Source: an uncultured delta proteobacterium
GTDB lineage: Bacteria > Myxococcota_A > Polyangia > Polyangiales > Polyangiaceae
Length of the DNA: 64,000 nt
Direction of reading: 5' to 3'
NCBI GenBank assembly: GCA_963696385.1
Contig: CAVOKF010000007.1
Location: 800,001-864,000, forward strand
The stretch's first letter is position 1. Every line of letters begins with the position of its first letter. The translations under genes were made by a program, and so were the position numbers. Positions 10,678 to 20,140 of this stretch are shown here, piece by piece. The notes beneath the pieces are model-generated. The model did not search any database, was not told the DNA's origin, and saw only the letters and a list, made by a program, of their open reading frames with translations.

Positions 10678-12156
10678 TCACATCGGCTTGAGAGTCGAAA
10701 ACGGATCTTTAGCTCCCTGCCCGGCTGGCGGAGGGGACGGAACGGGGATCACCGAGGCCGCCGGCGACGGGCGGCGGCGAGGCGACGATCGAGTCGCGGC
10801 CTGGGAAGCCGCAGCGGCGGGCCCGTCACGCAGCTCGAATCCGCGATCGATAGGCGGCGGCGCACCCGCCGCGATTTCGCCTTGGACGGCAGCGCTCGGA
10901 GCCGCCGGCACTCGCGCCGGAAGCGGGTTGGCCGCCGGCGCCTGAACCGGCGGCGGATCGACCAGCCCGGCGGTGGGAGCCGTCACGGCAGAAGCCGCCA
11001 CAGTCTCGCGCTCGTTCTTTCCCGAAAGCCGACCTGCGAAGAGCGACGCGACCACCGTCAAGACCGCGACCCCCACGATGGCCGCCAACGCCAGGGCCAG
11101 GCGCCGACCCGACGGCCGCCCCGGTCTCGTGTACCCCAGTGCGGCAAAGGTTTCGGCTGGTTTCGGCGGCCCAGAGTCCGGAGCCAGACCGGTCGTGTCG
11201 ACCGCCAGCTCCGTTGACCCGGCGTTTGCGCGCTGGAACGTTCGCACGATGCGGTCAATCGAATGGCGCCCGCGGTCGGGCCCGAACGGCGCCACGGCCA
11301 TGGCGAGCTCCGCTACGCTGCGAAAGCGCCGTTCGCGATCCTTCTCCAGGCAGGTGAGGATCGCCGATTCGATCTCTTGCGGGGCGTCGGGCCGCAAGCC
11401 GCGGAGCCGAGGGGGAGCCATCGTGGCGATGCGCATGCAAACTTCCGGCAGCGTCTCGCCGAGGAAAGGAGAAGTCCCGGTGAGCAGCTCGTAAAGAATG
11501 ACGCCGAGAGCCCAGATGTCCGTACGGGAGTCGACCGTGCGAGAAGACGTCATCTGCTCCGGCGACATGTAGAGGGGCGTACCCATGAGGGCCGCGGTCC
11601 GGGTCATCGCGACGTCCGGCGTGGAGCCGTGCACGCTCGTCACCTTCGAAATTCCGAAATCGAGCACTTTGACGCACGGAAGGCCATCGGGCCGAATCGT
11701 GCAGAACAAGTTGGCGGGCTTCAGGTCCCGGTGGACGATTCCGAGCGTATGCGCTTCCGCGATCGCTTCGCAGGCTTGCAGCAGCAGCTCGACGGCTTCG
11801 GAGATCGGCAGCGGGCCGCTTTCTTTGAGGCGCGTGGACAGGTCGGCCCCTTCGAGGAACTCCATGACCATGTACGGCGAGCCGCTTTCGAGCGTGCCGA
11901 CGTCGAGAACGCGAGCCACGTGCTCGCTCGCGATTCGCACGGCCGCTCGGGCTTCGCGCTCGAAGCGGGCGACCGCCTCGGGGCTTTGCACCATCGGGGT
12001 GGCGAGAAACTTGATCGCGACGCGCGTCTCGAGCTGCAAGTGATGGGCCGCAACGACGACGCCCATGCCGCCCACGCCCAGTACGCGATCGACCCGGTAT
12101 TTGGCCACGAGCACGTCCCCGACGCGGACCCCGGAAACGAGTTCGCGATCGGACAA
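10678..12156 (-). CDS. Hanks-type Ser/Thr protein kinase with TM helix and Pro-rich extracellular tail
   Basis: GVGGMG, VAIK, HRDLKPANL, DFG, GTPLYMSPEQ, DIWALG. Confidence 0.96.
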   Translation of the reverse strand: MSDRELVSGVRVGDVLVAKYRVDRVLGVGGMGVVVAAHHLQLETRVAIKFLATPMVQSPEAVARFEREARAAVRIASEHVARVLDVGTLESGSPYMVMEFLEGADLSTRLKESGPLPISEAVELLLQACEAIAEAHTLGIVHRDLKPANLFCTIRPDGLPCVKVLDFGISKVTSVHGSTPDVAMTRTAALMGTPLYMSPEQMTSSRTVDSRTDIWALGVILYELLTGTSPFLGETLPEVCMRIATMAPPRLRGLRPDAPQEIESAILTCLEKDRERRFRSVAELAMAVAPFGPDRGRHSIDRIVRTFQRANAGSTELAVDTTGLAPDSGPPKPAETFAALGYTRPGRPSGRRLALALAAIVGVAVLTVVASLFAGRLSGKNERETVAASAVTAPTAGLVDPPPVQAPAANPLPARVPAAPSAAVQGEIAAGAPPPIDRGFELRDGPAAAASQAATRSSPRRRPSPAASVIPVPSPPPAGQGAKDPFSTLKPM

Positions 12157-12276
12157 GCACTCCTCCTGATTTCCGTCGACGGCGGCCGAGATTCAGGCCG
12201 TAGGCGCGCCCAACCCGGAATGACTGTGCCCGGTGGCGCAGCGGGCGTCAAGACTGTGCCGGGTGCAGGATCGGCC

Positions 12277-12433
12277 GGGGTCGGGGTCGGGGTAGTCGGG
12301 GTTGCGGTCGGGTCGCGGTCGGGGTAGTCGGGGTCGCGGTCGGGTCGCGGTCGGGGTAGTCGGGGTCGCGGTCGGGTCGCGGTCGGGTCGCGGTCGGGGT
12401 GGTCGGGGTCGCGGTCGGGGTGGTCGGGGTCGC
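12277..12433 (+). repeat. G-rich intergenic tandem repeat
   Basis: Iterated GGGGT(A/G)GTC and GGGTCGCGGTC units forming a roughly 32-bp higher-order unit repeated about three times, plus partial copies. Confidence 0.9.
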
Positions 12434-12481
12434 GCCGGGTTGGCGTGTTGCTCGGCTGCAGCCTAAAGGCAGGTCACCGTC

Positions 12482-13222
12482 ATGTCGGTCGCAACCGGTG
12501 AGCCGACTTGGCGTGTTGTGCTGCTGGTCGCGGCGATGATCGCGTGCGATACGGGCGACACGCGATTCGCGGTCCAATTCGCGTCCGACTTTGCAGCAAG
12601 CCGCCGTACGGTCTCGGTGCTGGGCGTATTCAAGGACGGTCGCATGTCGTCGAGCGGCTGGGAGACCCTCCGGCCGCACCTGGCTTCCGCGCTCGGGGGC
12701 GAACACTGCGACGTCGGCTACGACGCCCTCGGGTCCGATCGTGAGGCTCTAGCGGACGCGATCGACGGATACACTCGCGCCAATGGGCCGACCGACGATC
12801 TCCTGGCGCAAATCGCGCCCGCCGCGAAGGGCGACTTGGTCCTGGTGCTGACGTACGCGGGGGCTCTTCCTCGACGGGTCGCGTCGGATGCCGGGCTTCC
12901 GCCTAGCGCGCCGGCGCAAGGGATGGGCGGAGGCCGCGGCGGTGGCCGCGGAATGCGGGGAGCCGGTCCGTCCCGAGCGACGTCCAACCACCCAAGCAGC
13001 GTCGACACCAACGTGCTCGACATCGGCGCGTCGCTTTACTCGGTGGCCCAGTCCCGGTCCGTCGCGTCGGTCGCGATGCAGTATTCTGGCGGCAGCCTCG
13101 ACGAGGCCATGACGAGGTTCGCGGCGAAACTCGGCGAGTCGCTTCCGGGCATGTCGTGCGCCGGCTGGAACTGGGACGCGAAAGTCGATGTCGACCGGAT
13201 TCGCCAGAGTATCGACGAATAA
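12482..13222 (+). CDS. Hypothetical lipoprotein
   Basis: Hydrophobic stretch ending MIAC (lipobox-like); Gly/Arg-rich insert GMGGGRGGGRGMRG. Confidence 0.7.
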   Translation: MSVATGEPTWRVVLLVAAMIACDTGDTRFAVQFASDFAASRRTVSVLGVFKDGRMSSSGWETLRPHLASALGGEHCDVGYDALGSDREALADAIDGYTRANGPTDDLLAQIAPAAKGDLVLVLTYAGALPRRVASDAGLPPSAPAQGMGGGRGGGRGMRGAGPSRATSNHPSSVDTNVLDIGASLYSVAQSRSVASVAMQYSGGSLDEAMTRFAAKLGESLPGMSCAGWNWDAKVDVDRIRQSIDE

Positions 13223-13455
13223 TCGGGTTCGTTCGCGAACATAATATTATTCGAAATTCACTTTTCGAGTGTGGGCTTTGGGGGCCGCAGGTGACCTTCG
13301 AAGCGAGCGTTGAGTGGAGGCGGGCTTCGCGTTGGGGCAGGTCGCGGGCGGGCTCCCATGGGACGCACCCGCGGTACGGTTGCCTGCACTTTGGTGACGA
13401 GCGGTACGTATGGGCTGACCACGCGTCGTTGACCCCCTTGCGCTCGGAGCTACAC

Positions 13456-14790
13456 ATGTACCCCATGAAATTGGTCTTAAGCCGAAAAGTGTCCGCATTG
13501 AGCTTGTCTGCCGGAGTCGTCGCGCTGGGAGGCGGGCTCTTCGCTTGCAGCGGCTCGTCGAGTAGCTCCAATACCGGCACGGGCACGGGCACGGGCACCG
13601 GTACGACCACGAACGTGAGCGATGCGGGCGCAGCGGCCGACGCCAATGCCAACACGACGACCGACGCCACGGCGGTCACCACGGGGACGTGTCCTCCTGC
13701 CGCCTACGTGACGGCATGCGCGGCCCCCGTCGACCAGATCGATTTCACCCCCATGTATTCCGCGTTCATTCCGGGGAGCACGGCGCACGTATTCCAGATT
13801 CCAGCCATCACCGATGACGGCAACCCCGGGACGACCTGGTGCGTAGGGGATTCGACTCAGGCGATCCTCGCCCCCGAGTCCTTTAACGGCCTGCCGGGGG
13901 TCATGATCAACGTCGAGGGCGTCGGGGCAGGCTCGGACGGCGACGCGGGCGCGCTCGGCACGATCCAGGTCTACGCGCTCGAAAGCGATGGCACCTGCGG
14001 GACGTCCACTCTGACGATTACGTCCACCACCGAGGCCGAGTGGACGCTTGGCAGCGCGCGCTACAACGACGACATCACGTTGACCGGAACGCGCACCGGC
14101 GAGGGCGCCCTCCTGGCGGGCACAGACGACGCCGGCAGCGTCTACGAGAAGGACGGCGGGACCGCGTGCACGAACTGCCATGGCCCCACCGCGACGACCG
14201 GACCCTACCGACAAGTGGCGCATTCGCCGGAGCAGACGGGCGGCTTTAGCGACCAAGTCCTCGTTGGGATCTTCACGCAGGGCAACGTTCCCGGCTGGAC
14301 TCCGACGCAACCGCCGCCAACGGACGGCGGCGGTTATTGGGATCCGTCCGTCATCAATGCCGCGTGCGACGCCGGTCCCCCCAACTACGGTCCGAATCAA
14401 TCCACGGTAACCGACCCCCTCATCCGCGACGCAGGCACCGAGCCATGCGGTACATGGGCCTACGACACCTGGCACTCGTTCCATCAATGGTCCGACATCT
14501 CCACGCCCCAAGAGCAAGCGGCCATCATCACGTATCTGCGCGCGATCGCGCCCGAATCGCAGAATGGTACCCCGGCCGAGAACTTTGGCGGCCGTGGCGC
14601 GCCGGGCGATGGCGGCCCTCGCGGGCGGCGTGACGGCGGCTTCCCCTTCGGAGATGGTGGCTTTCCCTTCGGGGATGGCGGCTTTCCCGGCGAGTTCGAT
14701 GCAACGACCGCCGACGCGGGTACGCCCGACACCGGCGCGAGCACGCCCGACACCGGCGCGAGCACACCCGACACCGGCGCAGACGAATAG
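13456..14790 (+). CDS. Lipoprotein with one c-type heme motif
   Basis: GGAG RBS before the ATG; lipobox LFAC; CTNCH; C-terminal DGGFPFG and TPDTGAS repeats. Confidence 0.75.
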   Translation: MYPMKLVLSRKVSALSLSAGVVALGGGLFACSGSSSSSNTGTGTGTGTGTTTNVSDAGAAADANANTTTDATAVTTGTCPPAAYVTACAAPVDQIDFTPMYSAFIPGSTAHVFQIPAITDDGNPGTTWCVGDSTQAILAPESFNGLPGVMINVEGVGAGSDGDAGALGTIQVYALESDGTCGTSTLTITSTTEAEWTLGSARYNDDITLTGTRTGEGALLAGTDDAGSVYEKDGGTACTNCHGPTATTGPYRQVAHSPEQTGGFSDQVLVGIFTQGNVPGWTPTQPPPTDGGGYWDPSVINAACDAGPPNYGPNQSTVTDPLIRDAGTEPCGTWAYDTWHSFHQWSDISTPQEQAAIITYLRAIAPESQNGTPAENFGGRGAPGDGGPRGRRDGGFPFGDGGFPFGDGGFPGEFDATTADAGTPDTGASTPDTGASTPDTGADE

Positions 14791-14830
14791 CCCGGAATAG
14801 CCCGGTCCTCAGTAGCTCGCGGGTGTCCCC

Positions 14831-16282
14831 ATGAAGCGCATTGCCATCGCGGTCGTCGGTCTAGCCACCGCGTGCGGTGGCAGCAGCGGTGAAGAGACCA
14901 GCGGGGGAGCCGATGCGGCGAGCGACCGGCTCGCCGCTCCGCTCGTCGAGTCCGGCGCCGGTTCGACGGGCGCCGATGCCGATGCCGAAGTGGCCGATGC
15001 GGCCGAAGCGGCCGACCCGTGCGCGGACGCCGGGGTGCCGCCGAGTACGCTGGCCTGCACCGGGCTCTATTCGGACTTTGCGACCCTGACCCTGTCGCCC
15101 AACGCGCAGGCGTATGCTCCCGCGGTCCCCCTGTGGTCGGATGGCGCCACGAAGGAGCGTTGGATCGAGCTTCCGCCGGGCCAGCAAATCGACGTGAGCA
15201 ATCCGAACGAGTGGACGTTCCCGGTCGGAACGAAGCTTTTCAAGCAGTTCACCTACGAAGGGGTGCGCGTCGAAACGCGGATGTTTCAAAAACTCGACGC
15301 CAATCCGAGCTACTGGGTCTACGCCACCTACGCCTGGAATACGGATCTGACGGAAGCCACGATCAATTACGGCTCGACCGTACCCGTGGGCGACGACGGT
15401 GGCACCTGGATCATCCCAACGAACGACGATTGCCTCTACTGTCACGAGGGAAGACAAGATCGCATCTTGGGGTTCGAGCAAGTCTCGCTCGGTCTCAGTG
15501 GGGCAACCGGGCTCACCCTTCTGCAGCTCGTCGTGCAGAATCTCGTCACGCCGCCGCCGACCCAGGTCAATCTATTCATCGGCGACGACGGGACCGGGCT
15601 CGATGGCCCAGCCCTGTCGTGGCTGCACATCAACTGCGGCGTGACGTGCCACAACGCGAACGAGAGCGCGCAAGCCTACGCGGCGGGGATGCTCTTGCGG
15701 CTGGATCCGACGCAGCTCAATGGGTCGCCCGCGACGACGACGAGCTGGAACGACTTGAATACGACGATCAACGTACCGTGCGTTTCGGGCAGCGTTGCGG
15801 GCACACCCCGCATCCAGCCCGGAGACCCGGACGCGAGCGCGATTGTTCAGCTCATCAGCGAGCGCGGCATTCTTCAAATGCCCCCGATCGCATCGCGGTT
15901 CGTCGACACGACCGATGTCGCCTCGGTCGTGGCTTGGATTTCCCACATGCCCGGCGTCGACGCGGGCGTCGAGGCCGGACCCGTCGCCGACGCGGCCAGC
16001 GAGAGCGGTTCCGACGCAACGGTCCCGGCGGACGCGAGCGACGGCAGTCTAACCACCGACGCCCTTTTGACGACGCCAGACTCCACGACGCCGGACGCCA
16101 CGTCGACGCCAGACTCCACGACGCCGGACGCCACGTCGACGCCAGACTCCACGACGCCGGACGCCGCCTCCTCACCCGACGCGGAGGAGGACGGCGGCGA
16201 GCCCGACTCCGCAGAAAACACGGCGGAAGCGAGCGAGGACGGCGGCTATGCCGACGACGCCAACGACGGGGGAACGGATTGA
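14831..16282 (+). CDS. Lipoprotein, SO2930-like diheme cytochrome c
   Basis: Lipobox ATAC; PLWSDGATKERWI, FPVGT..KQF, ETR; hemes CLYCH and CGVTCH; QMPP distal ligand. Confidence 0.8.
   Translation: MKRIAIAVVGLATACGGSSGEETSGGADAASDRLAAPLVESGAGSTGADADAEVADAAEAADPCADAGVPPSTLACTGLYSDFATLTLSPNAQAYAPAVPLWSDGATKERWIELPPGQQIDVSNPNEWTFPVGTKLFKQFTYEGVRVETRMFQKLDANPSYWVYATYAWNTDLTEATINYGSTVPVGDDGGTWIIPTNDDCLYCHEGRQDRILGFEQVSLGLSGATGLTLLQLVVQNLVTPPPTQVNLFIGDDGTGLDGPALSWLHINCGVTCHNANESAQAYAAGMLLRLDPTQLNGSPATTTSWNDLNTTINVPCVSGSVAGTPRIQPGDPDASAIVQLISERGILQMPPIASRFVDTTDVASVVAWISHMPGVDAGVEAGPVADAASESGSDATVPADASDGSLTTDALLTTPDSTTPDATSTPDSTTPDATSTPDSTTPDAASSPDAEEDGGEPDSAENTAEASEDGGYADDANDGGTD
16071..16168 (+). 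repeat. 33-bp coding tandem repeat x3 (TPDSTTPDATS)
   Basis: cgacgccagactccacgacgccggacgcc repeated three times. Confidence 0.9.
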
Positions 16283-16319
16283 GGGGCCCTACGGCGGCCG
16301 TCGGCTTCGATGGCCCCTC
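16281..16319. terminator. Hairpin between convergent genes
   Basis: GAGGGGCC...GGCCCCTC arms, with an alternative stem GGCCGTCG/CGATGGCC. Confidence 0.4.
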
Positions 16320-16331
16320 GACGGCGGTGCG

Positions 16332-17612
16332 CTACAGGGACCAGTAACAAATATTTCGCTTCATGCTGGACGGATCGAAGACGCTCTTCACGTCGGCGAC
16401 GACGCCGCCGTCGCGCACCGTCGACAGCAGACGATCGGCGCCCAGGTTCAAGTACCAGGCATGGCGGACCGCCAGGACGACGGCGTCGAGTTGCACGAGC
16501 TCTTCGAACCCGGTCAAGCGCAGGTCGTACTCGTGCATCGCCTCCAAGGGGCTCGCGAGCGGGTCGTGCATCAGCGGATGGATTCCAAATTCGCGCAGCT
16601 CGCGGACGATATCGGGAACTTTGCTGTTCCGAATGTCATGGCAGTCTTCCTTAAAGGTAAGGCCGAGAATTCCGACGCGTGCGCCTTTGACGGCAATGCC
16701 GGCATGGACGAGGAGTTTCACCACACGCTGAGCGATGTACGCGCCCATGTTGTCGTTGATGCGCCGGCCCGCCAAAATCACTTCGGGCTGATACCCGAGT
16801 TGCTGGGCTTTCATCGTCAGATAGTACGGGTCCACGCCGATGCAGTGGCCCCCCACCAAGCCGGGCGAGAACCGCGAGAAGTTCCACTTCGTTGCCGCGG
16901 CCGCCAGGACGTCCGCCGTGCGGATGCCCATTCGGTCGAAGATGATTGCGAGCTCGTTCATAAGCGCGATGTTGAGATCGCGCTGGGTATTCTCGATCAC
17001 TTTTGCGGCTTCGGCGACCTTGATGGACGGAGCGCGATGGACGCCGGCGCCGACGATCGCCCCGTAGGCGGCCGCGACGCGATCGAGCGTAGGGGCATCC
17101 TCGCCGCTCACCACCTTCGTTATTTTTTCGAGCGTGTGTTCCTTGTCACCCGGATTGATGCGCTCGGGTGAATAGCCGACCGTAAAGTCGACGCCGCGAG
17201 TCAAACCGCTCGTGCGCTCGAGGATGGGACCGCACACTTCCTCGGTGACGCCCGGATAGACGGTCGACTCGTAAACGACCACGCCTGCCGGCGACAGCGC
17301 GCGTCCCACGGTCTCGCTCGCCCGTTTCACCGGCGTCAGATCGGGAACGTCGTTGTCGTCGACCGGAGTCGGGACGGCGACGACGAAAAACGTGCACCCA
17401 CGCAGATCGGCGGGGTCGCTCGTCCACTGCACGGTCGTCGACCGAAGATCGTCGGGCGACGCCTCGTGGTTGCGATCGTATCCGCGTCGAAGCTCGTCCA
17501 GTTTTTCACGGTGCGTGTCGAATGCGACGGTCGCCGCAAACTTGCGGGCAAACGCCAGCGCGACGGGAAGTCCGACATAACCGAGCCCGATGACGGCGAT
17601 TTTTTCGTTCAT
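16332..17612 (-). CDS. Nucleotide-sugar dehydrogenase (UDP-GlcNAc/GalNAc 6-dehydrogenase, TviB/WbpO-like)
   Basis: IGLGYVGLP, ESTVYPG, YSPERINPG, KVIENTQRD, GGHCIGVDPYYL, GLTFKE. Confidence 0.93.
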   Translation of the reverse strand: MNEKIAVIGLGYVGLPVALAFARKFAATVAFDTHREKLDELRRGYDRNHEASPDDLRSTTVQWTSDPADLRGCTFFVVAVPTPVDDNDVPDLTPVKRASETVGRALSPAGVVVYESTVYPGVTEEVCGPILERTSGLTRGVDFTVGYSPERINPGDKEHTLEKITKVVSGEDAPTLDRVAAAYGAIVGAGVHRAPSIKVAEAAKVIENTQRDLNIALMNELAIIFDRMGIRTADVLAAAATKWNFSRFSPGLVGGHCIGVDPYYLTMKAQQLGYQPEVILAGRRINDNMGAYIAQRVVKLLVHAGIAVKGARVGILGLTFKEDCHDIRNSKVPDIVRELREFGIHPLMHDPLASPLEAMHEYDLRLTGFEELVQLDAVVLAVRHAWYLNLGADRLLSTVRDGGVVADVKSVFDPSSMKRNICYWSL

Positions 17613-17749
17613 ATTCACCGACCCGAAAGTCTAGCGAGCCGTCGTCGGCCACGATCTCGACACGCACCGACCCCGCGCAGCGTTTACCCGATTCGGCGCG
17701 ACCCGGGAACCGTCACGTCCCACCGGCAACGTTGGGGTTGTGCCTTTCG

Positions 17750-18982
17750 TCAGGTGGGCCGCTTTCGGAAGGTGAGCCAACGCACTTCGATGGGACATTC
17801 GCCTCTTGGCAGGTCAAAGACGTCTTGACCCGCTGCCCATCCCTCGAACCAGCCCGTTGGCGGCCATTGCTCCGCCGGAAGATGCGATCGCTCGTAGTCC
17901 AAAACGGACTCGTCCGAAATCATGTCGAACGGGAGTCCGCCCGCTGCGTCTTGCAATTCGCGAAACGTGAAAAGGGAACTCCACATCACTTGGCTCATCT
18001 CTCGCGCCACTTCGTCCGGCTCGTACCCCCGCGTCGGCAGGAATGCGCTGAACAAGAGCAACCCGCCCGGAACCAGCAGGCGGTTGGCCGTCTCGAAAAG
18101 TGCCCTCAATTGCTGGCTGTTTCGGAAGTGCGAAACCACCTCGGCCAGCAGCACCAGACGATAATGGTTTCGAGGGACGGAACTCGATGGATCGAAGACG
18201 TCTCCCTCATACACCCGAATCGGCAGGTGTTGCGTTTCCGCGGCTTGGCGAAGAATGTTGGCGAGTGGAGCCGTCAACTCGACGGCATCGGCTCGGAAAC
18301 CCTCTTTCGCCAGCGGAATCGTGTTGCGACCGGTGCCGGCGCCGACGTCGAGCACGGCGATTTCACTAGGGGGGCCGAGGGAACGCGCCACGTTCATCAC
18401 TTTGGCATCGGGATGGTGCCCAAAAAGCGGCGGCGGACGCTCGGCGACCCACATCGCATACTCGTCGGCGAGGGATGAATGACGAATCCCCATCTTCCAC
18501 GAGATCGTTGCCTTTGGAGGGTCGTCTGTTTCGTAGATGACGTGCACACTGGAGTACGGCGATTCTTCGAACGCCTGCCTGAGAGTCTGGCTCAGCACGT
18601 GACGAAAATAGTCGGTGTCCTTGGGGGTGAAGGGGCGCCCGAGAGCCTTCCAACCCTCGCTGAACCCCTCGACGTAGTGGTCGACCAGCCCGGGTACGGC
18701 GGGCAAGAAGAGCTCGGCCTTGCCTTTCAGTCGAAGCGGCAGGCTGCGGATCATGGCTTGCTGCATGGTCTTGCGCGAGATCTTCTTGGGACTGATCTTT
18801 TTTTGAGTTGTCTTTCTTGGATTCGTATTTTTTGGAGTGCTATTTTTCGGATGTTTATCTGTAGGAGTGACCTTTTTGGGAGGGATCTTCTTCGAAGAAG
18901 TCCTCTTGGGAGGGATCTTCCTCGCAGGGGTCTTCTTGGGAGAGGTCCTCTTGGCGGCGGCAGGCTTGGCCTTCGAGCGCAT
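17750..18982 (-). CDS. Class I SAM-dependent methyltransferase with Lys-rich repetitive N-terminus
   Basis: VLDVGAGTGRN motif I, LLVPGG; N-terminal KKxxP/SPKK repeats. Confidence 0.8.
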   Translation of the reverse strand: MRSKAKPAAAKRTSPKKTPARKIPPKRTSSKKIPPKKVTPTDKHPKNSTPKNTNPRKTTQKKISPKKISRKTMQQAMIRSLPLRLKGKAELFLPAVPGLVDHYVEGFSEGWKALGRPFTPKDTDYFRHVLSQTLRQAFEESPYSSVHVIYETDDPPKATISWKMGIRHSSLADEYAMWVAERPPPLFGHHPDAKVMNVARSLGPPSEIAVLDVGAGTGRNTIPLAKEGFRADAVELTAPLANILRQAAETQHLPIRVYEGDVFDPSSSVPRNHYRLVLLAEVVSHFRNSQQLRALFETANRLLVPGGLLLFSAFLPTRGYEPDEVAREMSQVMWSSLFTFRELQDAAGGLPFDMISDESVLDYERSHLPAEQWPPTGWFEGWAAGQDVFDLPRGECPIEVRWLTFRKRPT

Positions 18983-19226
18983 GAGCCGATGGTGCCCGAA
19001 ATTCGGCCTGGATAGACAAGGATCCGCCATCCGTCGGAGCGGCAAAACCTTCGTGTGTCGATCCGTCGCAGGCAGGATTGGAATACGAGCGAGTGCGGAA
19101 AATATCGGAAGGGCGGAAGAAATAGCGCGGATGCAAGCCATGGAGTCCATGGCGCTCATGCAACATGTCCAAGCGCTTCAAAGGCCCCTAGGCCATGAAG
19201 AGGCCATGCCGAGCGGCCCTCGCCAC

Positions 19227-19949
19227 TCAGGCGTTCGAAACGGCCCTCACGTGCAGGTACGCCCACAAGGCGCGCGGCAGCCGCGTCGCGAGCCGCTCGC
19301 AGGCGGCGACGACAGCGGTGACGCCGCCGTGCTCGGCAAGCCGAGGACGTCCGAAATCGGGATGGAAGAGGATGCGGTGAATCGGCATCGGCTGGTGGCG
19401 CGATCGGGACACGACTCGGAACCGCGGCTCGAGCAGCCGGGACAGAAAGCGCATCGTCGAGCGGAGCTCGCCACGCTCGACCGGCAGCGCCAGGGCGTGT
19501 GCCACGACCAGAGGATTGCCGCGGGAAGGCTCGAGCACGTCGATGCGACCGCCGGGGACCAGCACCCGCGCGCACTCCGCGACGAAGCGGTCGGGCTCGT
19601 CGAGGTGGTGAACCAGATCGCGCACCACAATGTGGTCGAATGCGCCATTTTCGAAGGGCAGGTCGTACACGGAACCGACGACGAAGCGACAGCGCGGGAG
19701 CGCCACACGAGCGAACGCGATCTTGTCTTCGAAGAGATCGATCCCTGTCGCCCCCTCGGGTTCACCCAGGTGGCGAAGCGTCGCTCCCTCGCCACAGCCG
19801 ACATCGAGCACCCGGGCGCCCAGCGGCATGAACGCGGCCTGCACGAGCTCGCGTTCGCGAGGGCCTACGTAGGGGTGCTCCGTTTGCCAGGCGTAGTGTT
19901 CGGTGGCGGCGCGACCAAACGAGGACTCCAGATGCGTTTCGGTTCTCAT
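19227..19949 (-). CDS. Class I SAM-dependent methyltransferase (Methyltransf_11-like)
   Basis: VLDVGCGEG, LPFENGAFD, VHHL, RVLVPGG. Confidence 0.88.
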   Translation of the reverse strand: MRTETHLESSFGRAATEHYAWQTEHPYVGPRERELVQAAFMPLGARVLDVGCGEGATLRHLGEPEGATGIDLFEDKIAFARVALPRCRFVVGSVYDLPFENGAFDHIVVRDLVHHLDEPDRFVAECARVLVPGGRIDVLEPSRGNPLVVAHALALPVERGELRSTMRFLSRLLEPRFRVVSRSRHQPMPIHRILFHPDFGRPRLAEHGGVTAVVAACERLATRLPRALWAYLHVRAVSNA

Positions 19950-20140
19950 CGGCGTTCAAGCGTTGTCCGCCGAGGGCCGGACCGCCAAGCACTCCGAGCG
20001 TCGCAGCCGGGCCCCGGGCGCCATTCGATGCGCCGGGTGGGCGCGCAAGACGTACACCCGTACGCCTTGCTCGGCCTTCCTTGTGGCGCATCGTGCGCGC
20101 TGGCTCTTGCGCGTTGGCTCTTCGGGGACCTCAGGCGAGT

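Noticed and set aside
12277..12433. CRISPR array (also considered for 62757-62869)
   Set aside because: Contiguous short repeats without unique spacers; no cas genes.
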